Assembly: GCA_030679895.1 (NCBI GenBank)
Contig: JAUXSN010000003.1
Location: forward strand, 5,517 to 69,516
DNA length: 64,000 nt
Direction of reading: 5' to 3'
From: Candidatus Moraniibacteriota bacterium
GTDB lineage: Bacteria; Patescibacteriota; Minisyncoccia; Moranbacterales; UBA11712
The notes under the pieces were generated by a model. The model was given only the letters and a program-made list of their open reading frames with translations. It did not search any database and was not told where the DNA came from. This document shows positions 45,059-55,274 of this stretch, one piece after another. A program made the position numbers and the translations under genes. Each line of letters begins with the position of its first letter. The first letter of the stretch is position 1.

Positions 45059-47236
45059 TTAGCCAATTACAAACTCTTTCCGATCCCCATATTCCGTCGC
45101 TTTGCCTTTGTTCCATTGTTCAACCGGGCGGATGTAGCCGACGATGCGGGAATAAACCTCGCATTTTTGCTCCACGACGCATTTGGGGCAAAGCTGATGC
45201 TCTCCGATAAGGTACCCGTGCGAAGGGCAGATGCTGAAAGTCGGAGACAAAGTAAAGTAAGGAAGCGCGTATTTTTCAGAAATGGTTTTTACCAGTTTTT
45301 TCGTCGTTTCGATGTCCTGGATCCGCTCGCCCATAAATCCGTGGAGAACCGTCCCGCCGGTATATTTTGTCTGCAGCGGTTCTTGAAGATCCAGCGCTTC
45401 AAAGAAATCTTCGGTATGGCCGACGGGAAGCTGGGTGGAATTCGTGTAATAAGGTTCGATGGATTTCGTTTCATCAACTTGGCCGTTCGCGAAGATCATA
45501 TCGGGATATTTTTGGCGGTCTTTCAAAGCCAGCCTATAGGAAGTTCCTTCGCCCGGCGTCGCTTCAAGATTGTATAGATTTTCGGTTTCTTCCTGATATT
45601 TTATAAGCCTATGGCGCATATGAACCAAAACGTCTTCGGCAAATTTCACTCCTTTTTCCGTCGCCGTAGTTTCGCCCATGAAATTTTTTAGAGCCTCGTT
45701 CATCCCGATAATGCCGATAGTCGAGAAATGATTCGACCAATAGTTTCCCCGGCGCTTATAGATACTGTCCAGATAAAATCTCGCGTAGGGGTAAAGCCCT
45801 TTTTTCATAAAACTGTCGATGATTTTCCTTTTTGTTTCTAGGCTCTCTTTGGCAAGATCCATTATTTTTTCCAGCCGCGCGTAAAAATCTTTTTTGCTCT
45901 TTGACAGATACCCGATCCGGGCCAGATTGATCGTCACCACCCCGATCGAACCGGTGAGAGGATTGGCTCCGAAAAGTCCTCCGCCGCGCTTATGAAGCTC
46001 GCGATTATCGATCCGCAGCCGGCAGCACATCGAACGCGCGTCGTCCGGATCCATATCCGAGTTGATAAAATTGGCAAAATAGGGAATGCCGTACTTTGCC
46101 GTCATTTCCCAGACCGGTTTCAGATTTTCATCGTTCCAATCAAAATTTTTCGTGATGTTATAGGTCGGAATGGGAAAAGTAAAAACGCGACCGGTGGCAT
46201 CTCCCTCGGCCATCACTTCGGCAAAGGCCCGATTGATCATATTCATCTCCTCCTGGAATTCTCCGTAATTTTCCTTTTGCGGCGCTCCGCCGATAATCAC
46301 TGACTCCTCCGCCATATTTTTCGGAGGAACGATATCTAGGGTTATATTCGTAAAAGGCGTTTGAAATCCGACCCGGGTGGGAACGTTGACATTGAAAACA
46401 AATTCCTGCATACACTGTTTGACCTCCTTCAATGAAAGTCCGTCATATCTGACAAATGGAGCCAAAAGCGTATCAAAATTGGAAAAAGCTTCCGCTCCCG
46501 CCACTTCCCCCTGGAGAGTGTAAAAAAAGTTGACCATCTGTCCGAGAGCCGTTCGTAAGTGTTTCGGGGGTTTGCAGGCAATTTTTCCGGGAACTCCCGT
46601 GAATCCGCGCCGGAGAAGATCCTGAAGATCCCAGCCACAGCAATAAACGGCGATTTTATCAAGATCATGGATATGAAAATCGCCCTCGTCGTGCGCGTCT
46701 CGGATAGCTTTGGAATAAACACGATTGAGCCAATATTTGGAACTGACAATGGAAGAAATATAATTGTTGAGGCCTTGCAGGGAATAAGCCATATTGGCGT
46801 TTTCTTTCACCTGCCAGTCGATTTCCTGGATGTATTTGTCCACCAGATCCACCGCTTCCTTGAGCGCTTCTTCGGATTCGCGGATTTTGCGGTGCTGTTC
46901 GCGATAGAGAATATAAGCTTTGGCCGTTTCTTCAAAATCCAAAATCATGAGGACCCGCTCCACGAGGTCCTGAATTTCTTCTATTTCGGGAACGTTTCCT
47001 TTCTTGTAATTTTTATTGAGAAGCTGGACGACTTTGGATGAAACTTTTTTTGCGTCTGCTTCTTTGCCTTCCCCCGTCTCCGCGAAAGATTTCATCACCG
47101 CTTTCGTGATTTTGTCCTGCTCGAATTCGACAACCCGTCCGTCGCGCTTTACCACTCGATCAACGCGATTTTGTCCGCTCGAGGCGGACCTCTCCTTTTT
47201 GCTGACCATTTTTTGGCCTTTTTTTACGGCAATCAT
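45059..47236 (-). CDS. nrdD: Class III anaerobic ribonucleoside-triphosphate reductase with ATP cone
   Basis: VVKRDG ATP cone, HIHDL, RSMCCRL, EATPGEG, YTGGT, YSRIVGYIRP glycyl radical motif. Confidence 0.96.
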   Translation of the reverse strand: MIAVKKGQKMVSKKERSASSGQNRVDRVVKRDGRVVEFEQDKITKAVMKSFAETGEGKEADAKKVSSKVVQLLNKNYKKGNVPEIEEIQDLVERVLMILDFEETAKAYILYREQHRKIRESEEALKEAVDLVDKYIQEIDWQVKENANMAYSLQGLNNYISSIVSSKYWLNRVYSKAIRDAHDEGDFHIHDLDKIAVYCCGWDLQDLLRRGFTGVPGKIACKPPKHLRTALGQMVNFFYTLQGEVAGAEAFSNFDTLLAPFVRYDGLSLKEVKQCMQEFVFNVNVPTRVGFQTPFTNITLDIVPPKNMAEESVIIGGAPQKENYGEFQEEMNMINRAFAEVMAEGDATGRVFTFPIPTYNITKNFDWNDENLKPVWEMTAKYGIPYFANFINSDMDPDDARSMCCRLRIDNRELHKRGGGLFGANPLTGSIGVVTINLARIGYLSKSKKDFYARLEKIMDLAKESLETKRKIIDSFMKKGLYPYARFYLDSIYKRRGNYWSNHFSTIGIIGMNEALKNFMGETTATEKGVKFAEDVLVHMRHRLIKYQEETENLYNLEATPGEGTSYRLALKDRQKYPDMIFANGQVDETKSIEPYYTNSTQLPVGHTEDFFEALDLQEPLQTKYTGGTVLHGFMGERIQDIETTKKLVKTISEKYALPYFTLSPTFSICPSHGYLIGEHQLCPKCVVEQKCEVYSRIVGYIRPVEQWNKGKATEYGDRKEFVIG

Positions 47237-47271
47237 TTTGTTTTCGCCCCCGAAATTTATTAATTATGATT

Positions 47272-47724
47272 TTAGGTTGTCATCAGCTTTTCTGCTTCTT
47301 TTTTGAAGCTGTCCGCGCTGCCGAATCCTTTATACACCGACGCGAACCGCAGATACGCCACGTCATCCAGTTCTCGCAACTTATCCAGGACCAGTTTGCC
47401 TATATCCTTGCTCAAAATTTCACAATTTCCCTTAAGATGCAGGTTGTATTCTATTTCATCAACCGCTTCTTCAATTTTTTTATCTTCAATCGGCCGCTTT
47501 TCAAGCGCTTTTCTGATTCCGCTTTCCAATTTTTCCCGCTTGTATTCTTCCTTGTTTCCATTTTTCTTGATGACTGTGAAATTCAAAAGCTCCAGTTGCT
47601 CATAAGTGCTGAACCTTTTTTGGCACTGTAAACATTCCCGCCGGCGGCGAATAACTTTTCCGTCTCCGGATTCGCGCGAATCAATCACTTTGGTTTCCTT
47701 GTGGGAACAAAAAGGGCAAAGCAT
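47272..47724 (-). CDS. nrdR: Transcriptional repressor NrdR
   Basis: CPFC...VIDSR...IRRRRECLQCQKRFSTYE, VAYLRFASVY. Confidence 0.97.
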   Translation of the reverse strand: MLCPFCSHKETKVIDSRESGDGKVIRRRRECLQCQKRFSTYEQLELLNFTVIKKNGNKEEYKREKLESGIRKALEKRPIEDKKIEEAVDEIEYNLHLKGNCEILSKDIGKLVLDKLRELDDVAYLRFASVYKGFGSADSFKKEAEKLMTT

Positions 47725-47838
47725 ATGCGAAAATTAAAAATGAAAAAGTAAAAAGTAAAAATTATAGTGTCCCGCAAACGGGATGATCTTTTTTTATTTT
47801 GGGGAATTAATAAGGGCGATTCATAGAATCCCCTTTTC

Positions 47839-47854
47839 ACACTATATCTTGTGT
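47839..47854. promoter_or_regulatory. NrdR box
   Basis: acactatatcttgtgt matches the acaCwAtATaTwGtgt consensus, upstream of nrdR-nrdD-nrdG. Confidence 0.8.
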
Positions 47855-47880
47855 CCGTAATGGTTATTTTACCACAATTG

Positions 47881-47907
47881 AAAAAAGCCTGTCAAACAGG
47901 CTTTTTT
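47881..47907 (-). terminator. Terminator after ftsZ
   Basis: aaaaaagcctgt-caa-acaggctttttt. Confidence 0.75.
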
Positions 47908-47933
47908 ATCGAATAATTTTGAGTTATCCACAG

Positions 47934-49178
47934 CTATTTTTTCATCTTTCGCCGGATGAAGGCCGGGATTTCCAATTCGTCGTCTTCGTCCTCGCCGACG
48001 GAGCTGACTTTTGATTCAAAGCTGATGTTTCTCTTGGGCTTCGGGGCAACTTTTTCTTCGATGATATATTTCGGTTTTTCTTCAATCTTGGGAGATCCGG
48101 CTGATGATGACGATGGCATCGCCGAAAACTTATTTTCCTCATCGTCAAAAAGACTTTTTTTGGCTTCCTGAAAGGCCGCCGACTGGCTGGCTGGCGAAGA
48201 AATGGAAGGCTCGTTGATGACATCGGAATCGAAACCGGCCGCCACCACAGTCAGAGTAATCTCGCCCTTCTTGGCAGAATCATCAATTGTGGCTCCGAAA
48301 ATGACTTTAGCGTTTGAATCGATGCTTTCCGTGATAATATTGGCCGCTTCGTTGATTTCAAGCATAGCAATATCGGGTCCGCCGCTCACGTTGAAGAGGA
48401 TGCCTTTGGCTCCATCAATTGAGAATTCAAGAAGCGGACTGTTGATGGCCATCTTGGCCGCTTGAGATGCTCTGTTCTCACCCGTCGCCGTTCCGATTCC
48501 CATAAGAGCCGATCCGGAATCCTGCAAGATTGCCCTTACGTCGGCAAAGTCAACGTTAACGATGCCCGGTTTGGTTATCAAATCGGAAATCCCTTGCACG
48601 CCTTGCCGCAGTATATCATCCACCACCCGAAAGGCATTCATCAAAGTTGTTTTTCTGTCAATAATTTGAAGCAACCGGTCATTGGGGACGATAATAAGCG
48701 CGTCCACTCTGTCTTTCAAATTTTCAATGCCTTCCATGGCAATAGCTTTTCTTTGAGCGCCCTCAAAACTAAAAGGCTTGGTGACAACAGCGATGGTCAG
48801 GGCGCCGGCTTCTTTGGCCGCTTCAGCAACCACCGGTGAGGCCCCGGTTCCTGTTCCGCCTCCGAGTCCGCAGGTGACAAAGACCATATCCGCGCCCTTC
48901 AAAACCTCGTGAATTTCATCCCGATTTTCTTCGGCGGCCTGGCGGCCGATTTCCGGATTCATTCCGGCTCCGAGACCCTTAGTCAAGTTTTTTCCAATGT
49001 GAATTTTTTCCGTAGCCTTGGAATGATGAAGCGCCTGCGCGTCGGTGTTGATCGCCACGAACTCAACGCCTTTCAGTTTGCACTCAATCATCCGGCTTAT
49101 GGCGTTTACGCCTGATCCGCCCACTCCAACCACTTTTATCCGGGCAAATGTTTCAATATCGGGTTTTATCTCGGCCAT
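47934..49178 (-). CDS. ftsZ: Cell division protein FtsZ
   Basis: [22 protein letters not shown]-terminal LEIPAFIR. Confidence 0.98.
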   Translation of the reverse strand: MAEIKPDIETFARIKVVGVGGSGVNAISRMIECKLKGVEFVAINTDAQALHHSKATEKIHIGKNLTKGLGAGMNPEIGRQAAEENRDEIHEVLKGADMVFVTCGLGGGTGTGASPVVAEAAKEAGALTIAVVTKPFSFEGAQRKAIAMEGIENLKDRVDALIIVPNDRLLQIIDRKTTLMNAFRVVDDILRQGVQGISDLITKPGIVNVDFADVRAILQDSGSALMGIGTATGENRASQAAKMAINSPLLEFSIDGAKGILFNVSGGPDIAMLEINEAANIITESIDSNAKVIFGATIDDSAKKGEITLTVVAAGFDSDVINEPSISSPASQSAAFQEAKKSLFDDEENKFSAMPSSSSAGSPKIEEKPKYIIEEKVAPKPKRNISFESKVSSVGEDEDDELEIPAFIRRKMKK

Positions 49179-49263
49179 AAAGTTTTTATAAAGTCTAAAT
49201 AAGTTGTATTAAGTCAGTAGAATACTGTAGCACAAGGGAGTTTTTTGTGTCAAGCAAAGAAAA

Positions 49264-49377
49264 AATCTCTACGGATTACCAATCAATTACGAATATACGA
49301 ATGAATTATTTTTCGCGTATTTGCAAGAATTTTCATTGATTCGTATATTCGTACGAAATTCGTAATTCGTAGAGATT
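49264..49377. repeat. Long imperfect inverted repeat built from TACGAAT-type units
   Basis: aatctctacggattac...tacgaatatacgaat // attcgtatattcgtacgaaattcgtaattcgtagagatt between ftsA and ftsZ. Confidence 0.75.
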
Positions 49378-50633
49378 CATGGCAGAAACTTTCTTAGCCA
49401 TCCCTTCATCTTATCCACCGTCTGCCCCATTTTTGGCAAATTGTCTATCCCCGCTGAAATTCTTCCTTTTCCGGATCCGGCGGACAACTCCTCCATGCCC
49501 CAGAGCGCCAGCCCCACGGCTGTCACAAACCCGGGTTCGTCAACCTTGTCCACGATCCCGCCAAGCTCCAAAGGAAAACCGGTTTGGGCCGGAAGCCGCA
49601 AAATTTTCTTGGCCAGATCCACTACGCCGTGGAGCTTGGCTCCGCCGCCGACAATGAGCGCTCCGGCGGGAAGCATTCCGGACCGTCCGGTTTTTCGAAG
49701 CTCTTTGTCAATCATGGTAAAAATTTCCTCGAGCCGGGCTTCGATTATTTCCGCCACATGGTGCCGGGAAATTTCTCCTTCCTCATTTTGATCAATTTCC
49801 GCCAGATTTATCTGATCTTTTTTGCTTATATCGCCGGGAAGCGCCGATCCGTAGTTTATTTTTACTTTTTCCGCCACATCGATTGATGTCCGAAGGCCTA
49901 TGGCCACGTCATTGGTAATATGCCCTCCGCCAATCGGCACGACGCCCACCTGGACCAGTTCTCCTTCTTCATAAACCACGAAATTGGTGGTGCCGCCGCC
50001 CATATCGACAAGAACAACCCCCAGTTCTTTTTGCCGCTTGTTTAGGGCCGCTTTCCCCGCCGCAAGGGCCGAAAAAGCCATATCTTCCACTTCAACTCCC
50101 GATTGATACACGCACTTGGAAAGGTTTTTGATAACCGGCGTTGATCCGAGAACCAAGAGAGCGTTAACTTCAAGCCTTATGCCGTTCATCCCGATCGGAT
50201 CTTTTATATTTTTCTGGTCATCCACAGAGAAATTGCGGGGAATGACATGCAGAATCTCTACGTTAGAAGGAAGAGAAATCGTTTCGGCCGCCGTAAGCGA
50301 ACGCATTACGTCATCGCTCGTTATTTCCCCGTCAGCCTTTCCGATGGCCACTACTCCCTGGCTTTCCTGATATCTGATGTGATTTCCGCCAACGCTAACT
50401 ACCGCTTTCGAAACGGGAATGCCCGAAGTGCGTTCGGCATTTTTCGCCGCTTCTCCAATTGATCTTATTGTTTCCTCAACGTCGGACACCACCCCCCGGC
50501 GGACGCCAAGAGAAGGAGCCAAACCCACTCCCATCACTCTGGGCCTTTCTTCTTCGTCAAATTTTTGCAGAATCACCGCTCTGACATTGGACGAGCCGAC
50601 ATCAAGACCGACGACTATATCTCCTTTTCCCAT
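49377..50633 (-). CDS. ftsA: Cell division protein FtsA
   Basis: GLDVGSS, DMGGGTT, GGGHITNDVA, IIEARLEEIF; upstream of ftsZ. Confidence 0.96.
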   Translation of the reverse strand: MGKGDIVVGLDVGSSNVRAVILQKFDEEERPRVMGVGLAPSLGVRRGVVSDVEETIRSIGEAAKNAERTSGIPVSKAVVSVGGNHIRYQESQGVVAIGKADGEITSDDVMRSLTAAETISLPSNVEILHVIPRNFSVDDQKNIKDPIGMNGIRLEVNALLVLGSTPVIKNLSKCVYQSGVEVEDMAFSALAAGKAALNKRQKELGVVLVDMGGGTTNFVVYEEGELVQVGVVPIGGGHITNDVAIGLRTSIDVAEKVKINYGSALPGDISKKDQINLAEIDQNEEGEISRHHVAEIIEARLEEIFTMIDKELRKTGRSGMLPAGALIVGGGAKLHGVVDLAKKILRLPAQTGFPLELGGIVDKVDEPGFVTAVGLALWGMEELSAGSGKGRISAGIDNLPKMGQTVDKMKGWLRKFLP

Positions 50634-50652
50634 TTTTTTTCAGCGAATTACC

Positions 50653-51048
50653 CTAATTATACAAAAAAACTAGATTGTTTGCAAAAAATAATTCCTTAAA
50701 GTAAGGATAAAATATCGTAATTCCAACCACAATCGCCCCAATCGAGGAAATCAATACGGCGGCGGCCATTATGTCTTTTATCAATCGGGCGTAAGGATGG
50801 ACTCTCGGCTTCAGAATATCAACCACCCTCTCGAAGATGGTGTTTATGAGCTCCATCACCAGCACCAAAAAGATCACCAGAAATAAGGCGACCTTTTCCC
50901 ACCCCCGGATGGAAAAAATAAACATCAGTATTATTACAAATAATCCGACCAGCATTTGAATTTGAAAACTCTGCTCATTCTTGAGCATATGCTTAAGCCC
51001 GCGAAAAGCGTATCGGAAGCTTTTGAAAAATTTGTGAATGTTATCCAT
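50653..51048 (-). CDS. dgkA: Diacylglycerol/undecaprenol kinase family protein
   Basis: SFRYAFRGL, ELINTIFERVVD, KDIMAAAV. Confidence 0.9.
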   Translation of the reverse strand: MDNIHKFFKSFRYAFRGLKHMLKNEQSFQIQMLVGLFVIILMFIFSIRGWEKVALFLVIFLVLVMELINTIFERVVDILKPRVHPYARLIKDIMAAAVLISSIGAIVVGITIFYPYFKELFFANNLVFLYN

Positions 51049-51052
51049 TTTT

Positions 51053-51475
51053 TTATTTTATGAGACTTACAACTTCGTCTTGCAACTCATACATTTTCTT
51101 TCCGTGTCTCATCCCCAGAAGATGCAAAACGCCGTGCGAGAGAACGAAAGCCAGCTCCCGATCGAAATTTATCTTGTTTTTTTTCGCCTGTTCCGCGATT
51201 ATTCCGGAGCAGAGAAAAATCTCTCCTTCGATATTTTTTTCGTTTTTTCCATTATACTCTGCTTCGTAGTTAAATGAAAGAACGTCGGTCGCTTCATTTT
51301 TCCGGCGATACGCGCGGTTAAGAGAACGAATTTTGGCCCGGCTGGCAAAAATAACGGAAAAGCTCGCCTTTTTTATCCTTATTCCCGATAAACGAATGGT
51401 TTTTTGGACAACCCCACTGATAAAAACCTTGTTTATTCTTCTCGCGGTTTCATTAATAATTTCAATTTCTGCCAT
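51053..51475 (-). CDS. ybeY: rRNA maturation endoribonuclease YbeY
   Basis: LNRAYR, TDVLSF, HGVLHLLGMRH. Confidence 0.93.
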   Translation of the reverse strand: MAEIEIINETARRINKVFISGVVQKTIRLSGIRIKKASFSVIFASRAKIRSLNRAYRRKNEATDVLSFNYEAEYNGKNEKNIEGEIFLCSGIIAEQAKKNKINFDRELAFVLSHGVLHLLGMRHGKKMYELQDEVVSLIK

Positions 51476-51497
51476 CGATAAAAAAATTACGCGAATC

Positions 51498-51980
51498 CTA
51501 GCCGGCCCGCCTAGATTCGGCGAGACTGGCCAGCTCCTCTTCCGCGATTTTTCGCGCCGCGTTTCCGTCTGCCTGGCCTTTTGCTTCTTTCATGACCGCG
51601 CCCATCAATTTGCCGAATTCGGGTTTTCCGCTTATGGACAGTTCTTTGATTTTTTCTTTCACAATTTGCCGCAATTTTTCTCCATCCATTTGGGCGGGCG
51701 CGTATTTTTCGAGAATAGCCAGCTCTTTTTCTTCCTTTTCCGCCAAGTCCGCCCGTCCGCCTTTCTGATATTCAGCGATTGAATCTTTTCTTTGATTGAC
51801 TTGCCGGCGAATGACCGCGGTTGTTTCCTCGTCGGCCAGATATTCCTTGTCTTTGGCCTTCACTTCAATCTGATGATTTTTTACCGCCGCGATGAGAAAA
51901 CGCAAAACACCGGCCCGTTCTTTATCGCCGGCTTTGAGCGCGGTCTTGAGATCGGATTCGATACTTTGGTGTAAACTCAT
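51498..51980 (-). CDS. GatB/YqeY domain protein
   Basis: DLKTALKAGDK, QRKDSIAEY..GGRADLAEKE, GKLMGAVM...ADG. Confidence 0.92.
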   Translation of the reverse strand: MSLHQSIESDLKTALKAGDKERAGVLRFLIAAVKNHQIEVKAKDKEYLADEETTAVIRRQVNQRKDSIAEYQKGGRADLAEKEEKELAILEKYAPAQMDGEKLRQIVKEKIKELSISGKPEFGKLMGAVMKEAKGQADGNAARKIAEEELASLAESRRAG

Positions 51981-52003
51981 AATATTTTCATTAAGTATCT
52001 GCT

Positions 52004-52261
52004 TTATTTGTCGCTGATTTTCTTTTTCACTCTCTTGAGCGCTTCTTCGTCGAATTTTCCTATTTTCTTGAGTTTATCCACTTCTTTCTTGACCTTGGAC
52101 CGGTACATAGCGGATTCTCTCACTTGCCGGCGGCTTTTGGGCTTCGCGTAAAATCGGCCTTTGCGAGCCGACAGCAAAACACCGCTCTGCTGGACTCTCC
52201 GGCTGAAGCGCTTGATCAAGCTATCCGAACTTTCCCGATCCTTTTTTTTGACTTCTACCAT
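52004..52261 (-). CDS. rpsU: 30S ribosomal protein S21
   Basis: MVEVKKKDRESSDSLIKRFSRRVQQSG...FYAKPKS; GGAGG RBS. Confidence 0.85.
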   Translation of the reverse strand: MVEVKKKDRESSDSLIKRFSRRVQQSGVLLSARKGRFYAKPKSRRQVRESAMYRSKVKKEVDKLKKIGKFDEEALKRVKKKISDK

Positions 52262-52284
52262 AGGTAACCTCCCTTCTAAAAAAA

Positions 52285-52410
52285 ATTTCAATTTCTAATT
52301 TTCAATTTCTAAACAATGTTTTAATTTCTCAATTTTTCAATGACAAATTGTTTGAAAATTCGGTCATTGAAGCATTGAAAATTGTTTGAAAATTGAAAAT
52401 TGAAAATTAT
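52285..52410. repeat. Inverted AATTTTC/TTGAAAA 7-mer array
   Basis: tttcaatttctaattttcaatttctaaacaat ... attgtttgaaaattgaaaattgaaaatt; related copies at about 54230-54365, 57498-57630, 61595-61728 and 63717-63773. Confidence 0.8.
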
Positions 52411-52429
52411 AATCTAAAAAACATCGCGA

Positions 52430-52777
52430 TCATACAGGCCTTATATCTTCCCTTAATTTCGCTCCTCCTATCAAATGCAGATGCAAATGCCCCACTTCCT
52501 GTCCGCCGTGCTCTCCGACCCGAATGAGAAGTTTATATCCTTTTTTGGAAATCCGCAAATCTTCGGCTAATTTTTTCGCTGTTGTTATCAGCTTTCCCAT
52601 CAATAACTCATCTCCGCCGCTGATTTCCGCGACGCTTTCGATGTGTTTTTTTGGAATAACCAGAACATGAACCGGCGCGATCGGATGCAAATCGCGAAAA
52701 GCCGCAACAAAATCATCTTCATATAGAAACTCCGTCGGGATTTCTTTCCTGGCAATTTTGCAGAAAACGCAATCCAT
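52430..52777 (-). CDS. Histidine triad (HIT) nucleotide-binding protein
   Basis: DCVFCKI, HVLVIPKKH, GQEVGHLHLHLIGG. Confidence 0.94.
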   Translation of the reverse strand: MDCVFCKIARKEIPTEFLYEDDFVAAFRDLHPIAPVHVLVIPKKHIESVAEISGGDELLMGKLITTAKKLAEDLRISKKGYKLLIRVGEHGGQEVGHLHLHLIGGAKLREDIRPV

Positions 52778-52861
52778 TTACACAACGATTAATGAACAAA
52801 GATCAAAGATCCATATTCACCAAATATAAATTCTAAAAAAATATTGTTCACTGTTCACTGG

Positions 52862-54223
52862 TCATTGATTTCTTACCACCGTTCCTCCCATCTTCAGCCT
52901 TTTTTTCACTTCGTCAATCAGCTTATCGCCATTAATAATTTCCTGGTTGCCGCTGGCCATATCTTTTATTATCACCGTTCCGTCCAAAGCTTCCTTTTGG
53001 CCCAGAATCAGGGTGATTTCCACCCTTAGGCGGTCAGCCACTTTGAGCTGCGACTTGAGGCTCCCCCGTCCGAAACTTTCAGCTACCATTATGCCCGCCC
53101 GTTCAAGAGATTCAAACATGCGCAGGCTTTTTTTCTTGGCAAAAATTCCGAGTTGCGCGAGAAAAACCCGGGGCTTTTGCTGTTTATATTGTCTTGCCCC
53201 TATTTTTTTCATTTCGAGAACAAGCCGATCCAATCCCAGGCTGAAACCGACCGCCGGCGTATCTTCGCCTCCCATAAGCTTCACGAGGCCGTCATATCTC
53301 CCGCCTCCGCCCAAGGCGCTCTTCTTTTTTTCTTCCGCTCCGGCTTGAGGAAAAAATTCAAAGACCGTCCGGGTATAATAATCCAGGCCTCTCACCAGCG
53401 TCGGATCAAGCTCAAAGGGAATTTCCAGCTCCTCGAGATATTCCAAAAGTTCCTTGAAATGAACCCGGCACTCGTCGCAAAGATGGTCGATCGATTGAGG
53501 AGCGTTCATTCTGACTTGCACGCACTTGTCTTCCTTGCAATCAAGAATGCGAAGCGGATTTTTTTCCAACCGCCGCTTGCAGTCAATGCAAAGTTTTTGC
53601 TTTTTCGATTCGAAATAGGAAACCAGAAGATTCCGATAGCTTTTTCGGCAGGACGGGCAGCCGATGCTGTTGACATTGACGGAAACGTTTCTTATGCCCA
53701 GCTGATGGATGATCCGCCAGCCCATTTGAATGATCTGAACATCGATTATCGGATCATCTTCTCCCAGCGCTTCGCAGCCGAACTGAAAAAATTCCCTAAA
53801 TCTTCCCTCTTGGGGACGATCATAGCGATAGCAGGGGCCGGTATAGTATAGTTTTACCGGTTTGGGAGCGACGTGAAGGCCATGCTGAATATAGGCCCGG
53901 GCGATGCCGGCCGTGAATTCCGGCCGCAGGGAAACTTTTTCCCCGCCCTTGGTATTGAAAGAGTACATTTCCTTTTCTATAATATCCGTGCCGGAGCCGA
54001 TACCGCGCGCGAACAGATTTGAAAATTCAACCAAGGGAAGATCAATCCGCCGATAGCCGAAATCAGCCGCCGCCTTTTCGGAAATTTTGCGGACTTGCTG
54101 CCAATAGGGCTGATCCGCAGGCAAAATATCGCGCATCCCGCGCGGAGGCTGGAGAACAAGCTCCTCGACTGGCTCGACGCTTTTTGGCTTCTTAGCTTTT
54201 TTCAAAGTTTTTTTATTAAGCAT
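52862..54223 (-). CDS. hisS: Histidine--tRNA ligase
   Basis: PRGMRD, KEMY, LRPEFTAG, RYDRPQEGRFREFFQ, LVRGLDYY, GGGRYDGL. Confidence 0.97.
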   Translation of the reverse strand: MLNKKTLKKAKKPKSVEPVEELVLQPPRGMRDILPADQPYWQQVRKISEKAAADFGYRRIDLPLVEFSNLFARGIGSGTDIIEKEMYSFNTKGGEKVSLRPEFTAGIARAYIQHGLHVAPKPVKLYYTGPCYRYDRPQEGRFREFFQFGCEALGEDDPIIDVQIIQMGWRIIHQLGIRNVSVNVNSIGCPSCRKSYRNLLVSYFESKKQKLCIDCKRRLEKNPLRILDCKEDKCVQVRMNAPQSIDHLCDECRVHFKELLEYLEELEIPFELDPTLVRGLDYYTRTVFEFFPQAGAEEKKKSALGGGGRYDGLVKLMGGEDTPAVGFSLGLDRLVLEMKKIGARQYKQQKPRVFLAQLGIFAKKKSLRMFESLERAGIMVAESFGRGSLKSQLKVADRLRVEITLILGQKEALDGTVIIKDMASGNQEIINGDKLIDEVKKRLKMGGTVVRNQ

Positions 54224-54361
54224 AAATTTAATTTTCAATTTCTAATTTTCAATTTTCAAACAATGACTCAATTTCCCAATGTCTAAATGAATTTGTTTTA
54301 AAAATTGAATCATTTGGTCATTGGAAATTGTTTAGAAATTAAAAATTGGAAATTAAAAATT

Positions 54362-54997
54362 CTAAAAAATCGCAGCTTTCCCAAACGGCCACGCCCGGAG
54401 CATCACTCTTCCCATAATATCATTCACGGGAACCGGGCCCCAGGAGCGGGAATCGGAACTATACTTCCGGTTGTCGCCCATCACGAAATATTGTTCGCTC
54501 GTGAGCTGGATGATTTGATCTCCGGAAGTAGTCTCTGCCGGGGGCAGATACGCGCTTTCATCCAAAATAAATCCATTTGGATTTTCGGAATTATATATTT
54601 TCACCTCGTTGTCCTTTATCTCAATTTTTTCTCCCTGAAGGCCGACTATTCTTTTTATGTAATACACCGATGGATTTTTGGGATAGCGGAAAACCACCAC
54701 CTCGCCTCTTTTCATTTCTTTGAAAGGATTCACGGTAAAAAAATTGATCTCTTTCTCGCCGTAATCGAATCCGACATCCGTTGTCTTGTATCCCAGCTCG
54801 CTGATGATGAGATACTCTTTGTCCTCAAAATTGGGCTCCATCGAAGCGCCCTGAACAAAAAACGGCTGGACAAGAAAAACCCGCAAAGGGACGATGATCA
54901 AGACCACCCAAAGCACGATCTTTATCATTTCCCAAAATATCCCGCCCGCTCCGTATGTTTCCTCTTGTTTTTCCTCGATTTGTTCGTTTTCGGTCAT
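54362..54997 (-). CDS. lepB: Signal peptidase I
   Basis: GASMEPNF, YIKRIVG, GDNRKYSSDSR. Confidence 0.95.
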   Translation of the reverse strand: MTENEQIEEKQEETYGAGGIFWEMIKIVLWVVLIIVPLRVFLVQPFFVQGASMEPNFEDKEYLIISELGYKTTDVGFDYGEKEINFFTVNPFKEMKRGEVVVFRYPKNPSVYYIKRIVGLQGEKIEIKDNEVKIYNSENPNGFILDESAYLPPAETTSGDQIIQLTSEQYFVMGDNRKYSSDSRSWGPVPVNDIMGRVMLRAWPFGKAAIF

Positions 54998-55019
54998 AAA
55001 AAAAATAAGCTCACTAAAT

Positions 55020-55129
55020 TGTCATCCCGCACTTGCCTGTCCGCCTCTGGAGGAATGCGGGATCCAGAAAATCTACATTGTTCATACGCACTAAAAAAAC
55101 GCTAGATTCCCGCTTCCGCGGGAATGACA
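55020..55129. repeat. REP/RPE-like bipartite hairpin element, copy 3
   Basis: tgtcatcccgcacttg[cctgtccgcctctggagga]atgcgggatccag...ctagattcccgcttccgcgggaatgaca. Confidence 0.85.
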
Positions 55130-55274
55130 AAAAGGATATTCCGCGATTCCGTTTGCATAATAGCAGAAAAAAAGGCATATGACAAGTTTGAGATTCAACC
55201 CTATAAATTGCCCAAGTTCGAGCCTCGGAACAGTTCAGCTTTTTAGAAAATCCTTATTAAGCTATACTGAAAAT

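Noticed and set aside
52285-52410. AT-rich 7-mer arrays as CRISPR repeats or a replication origin
   Set aside because: No repeat-spacer periodicity, cas genes or DnaA-box cluster; the same arrays recur at many gene junctions
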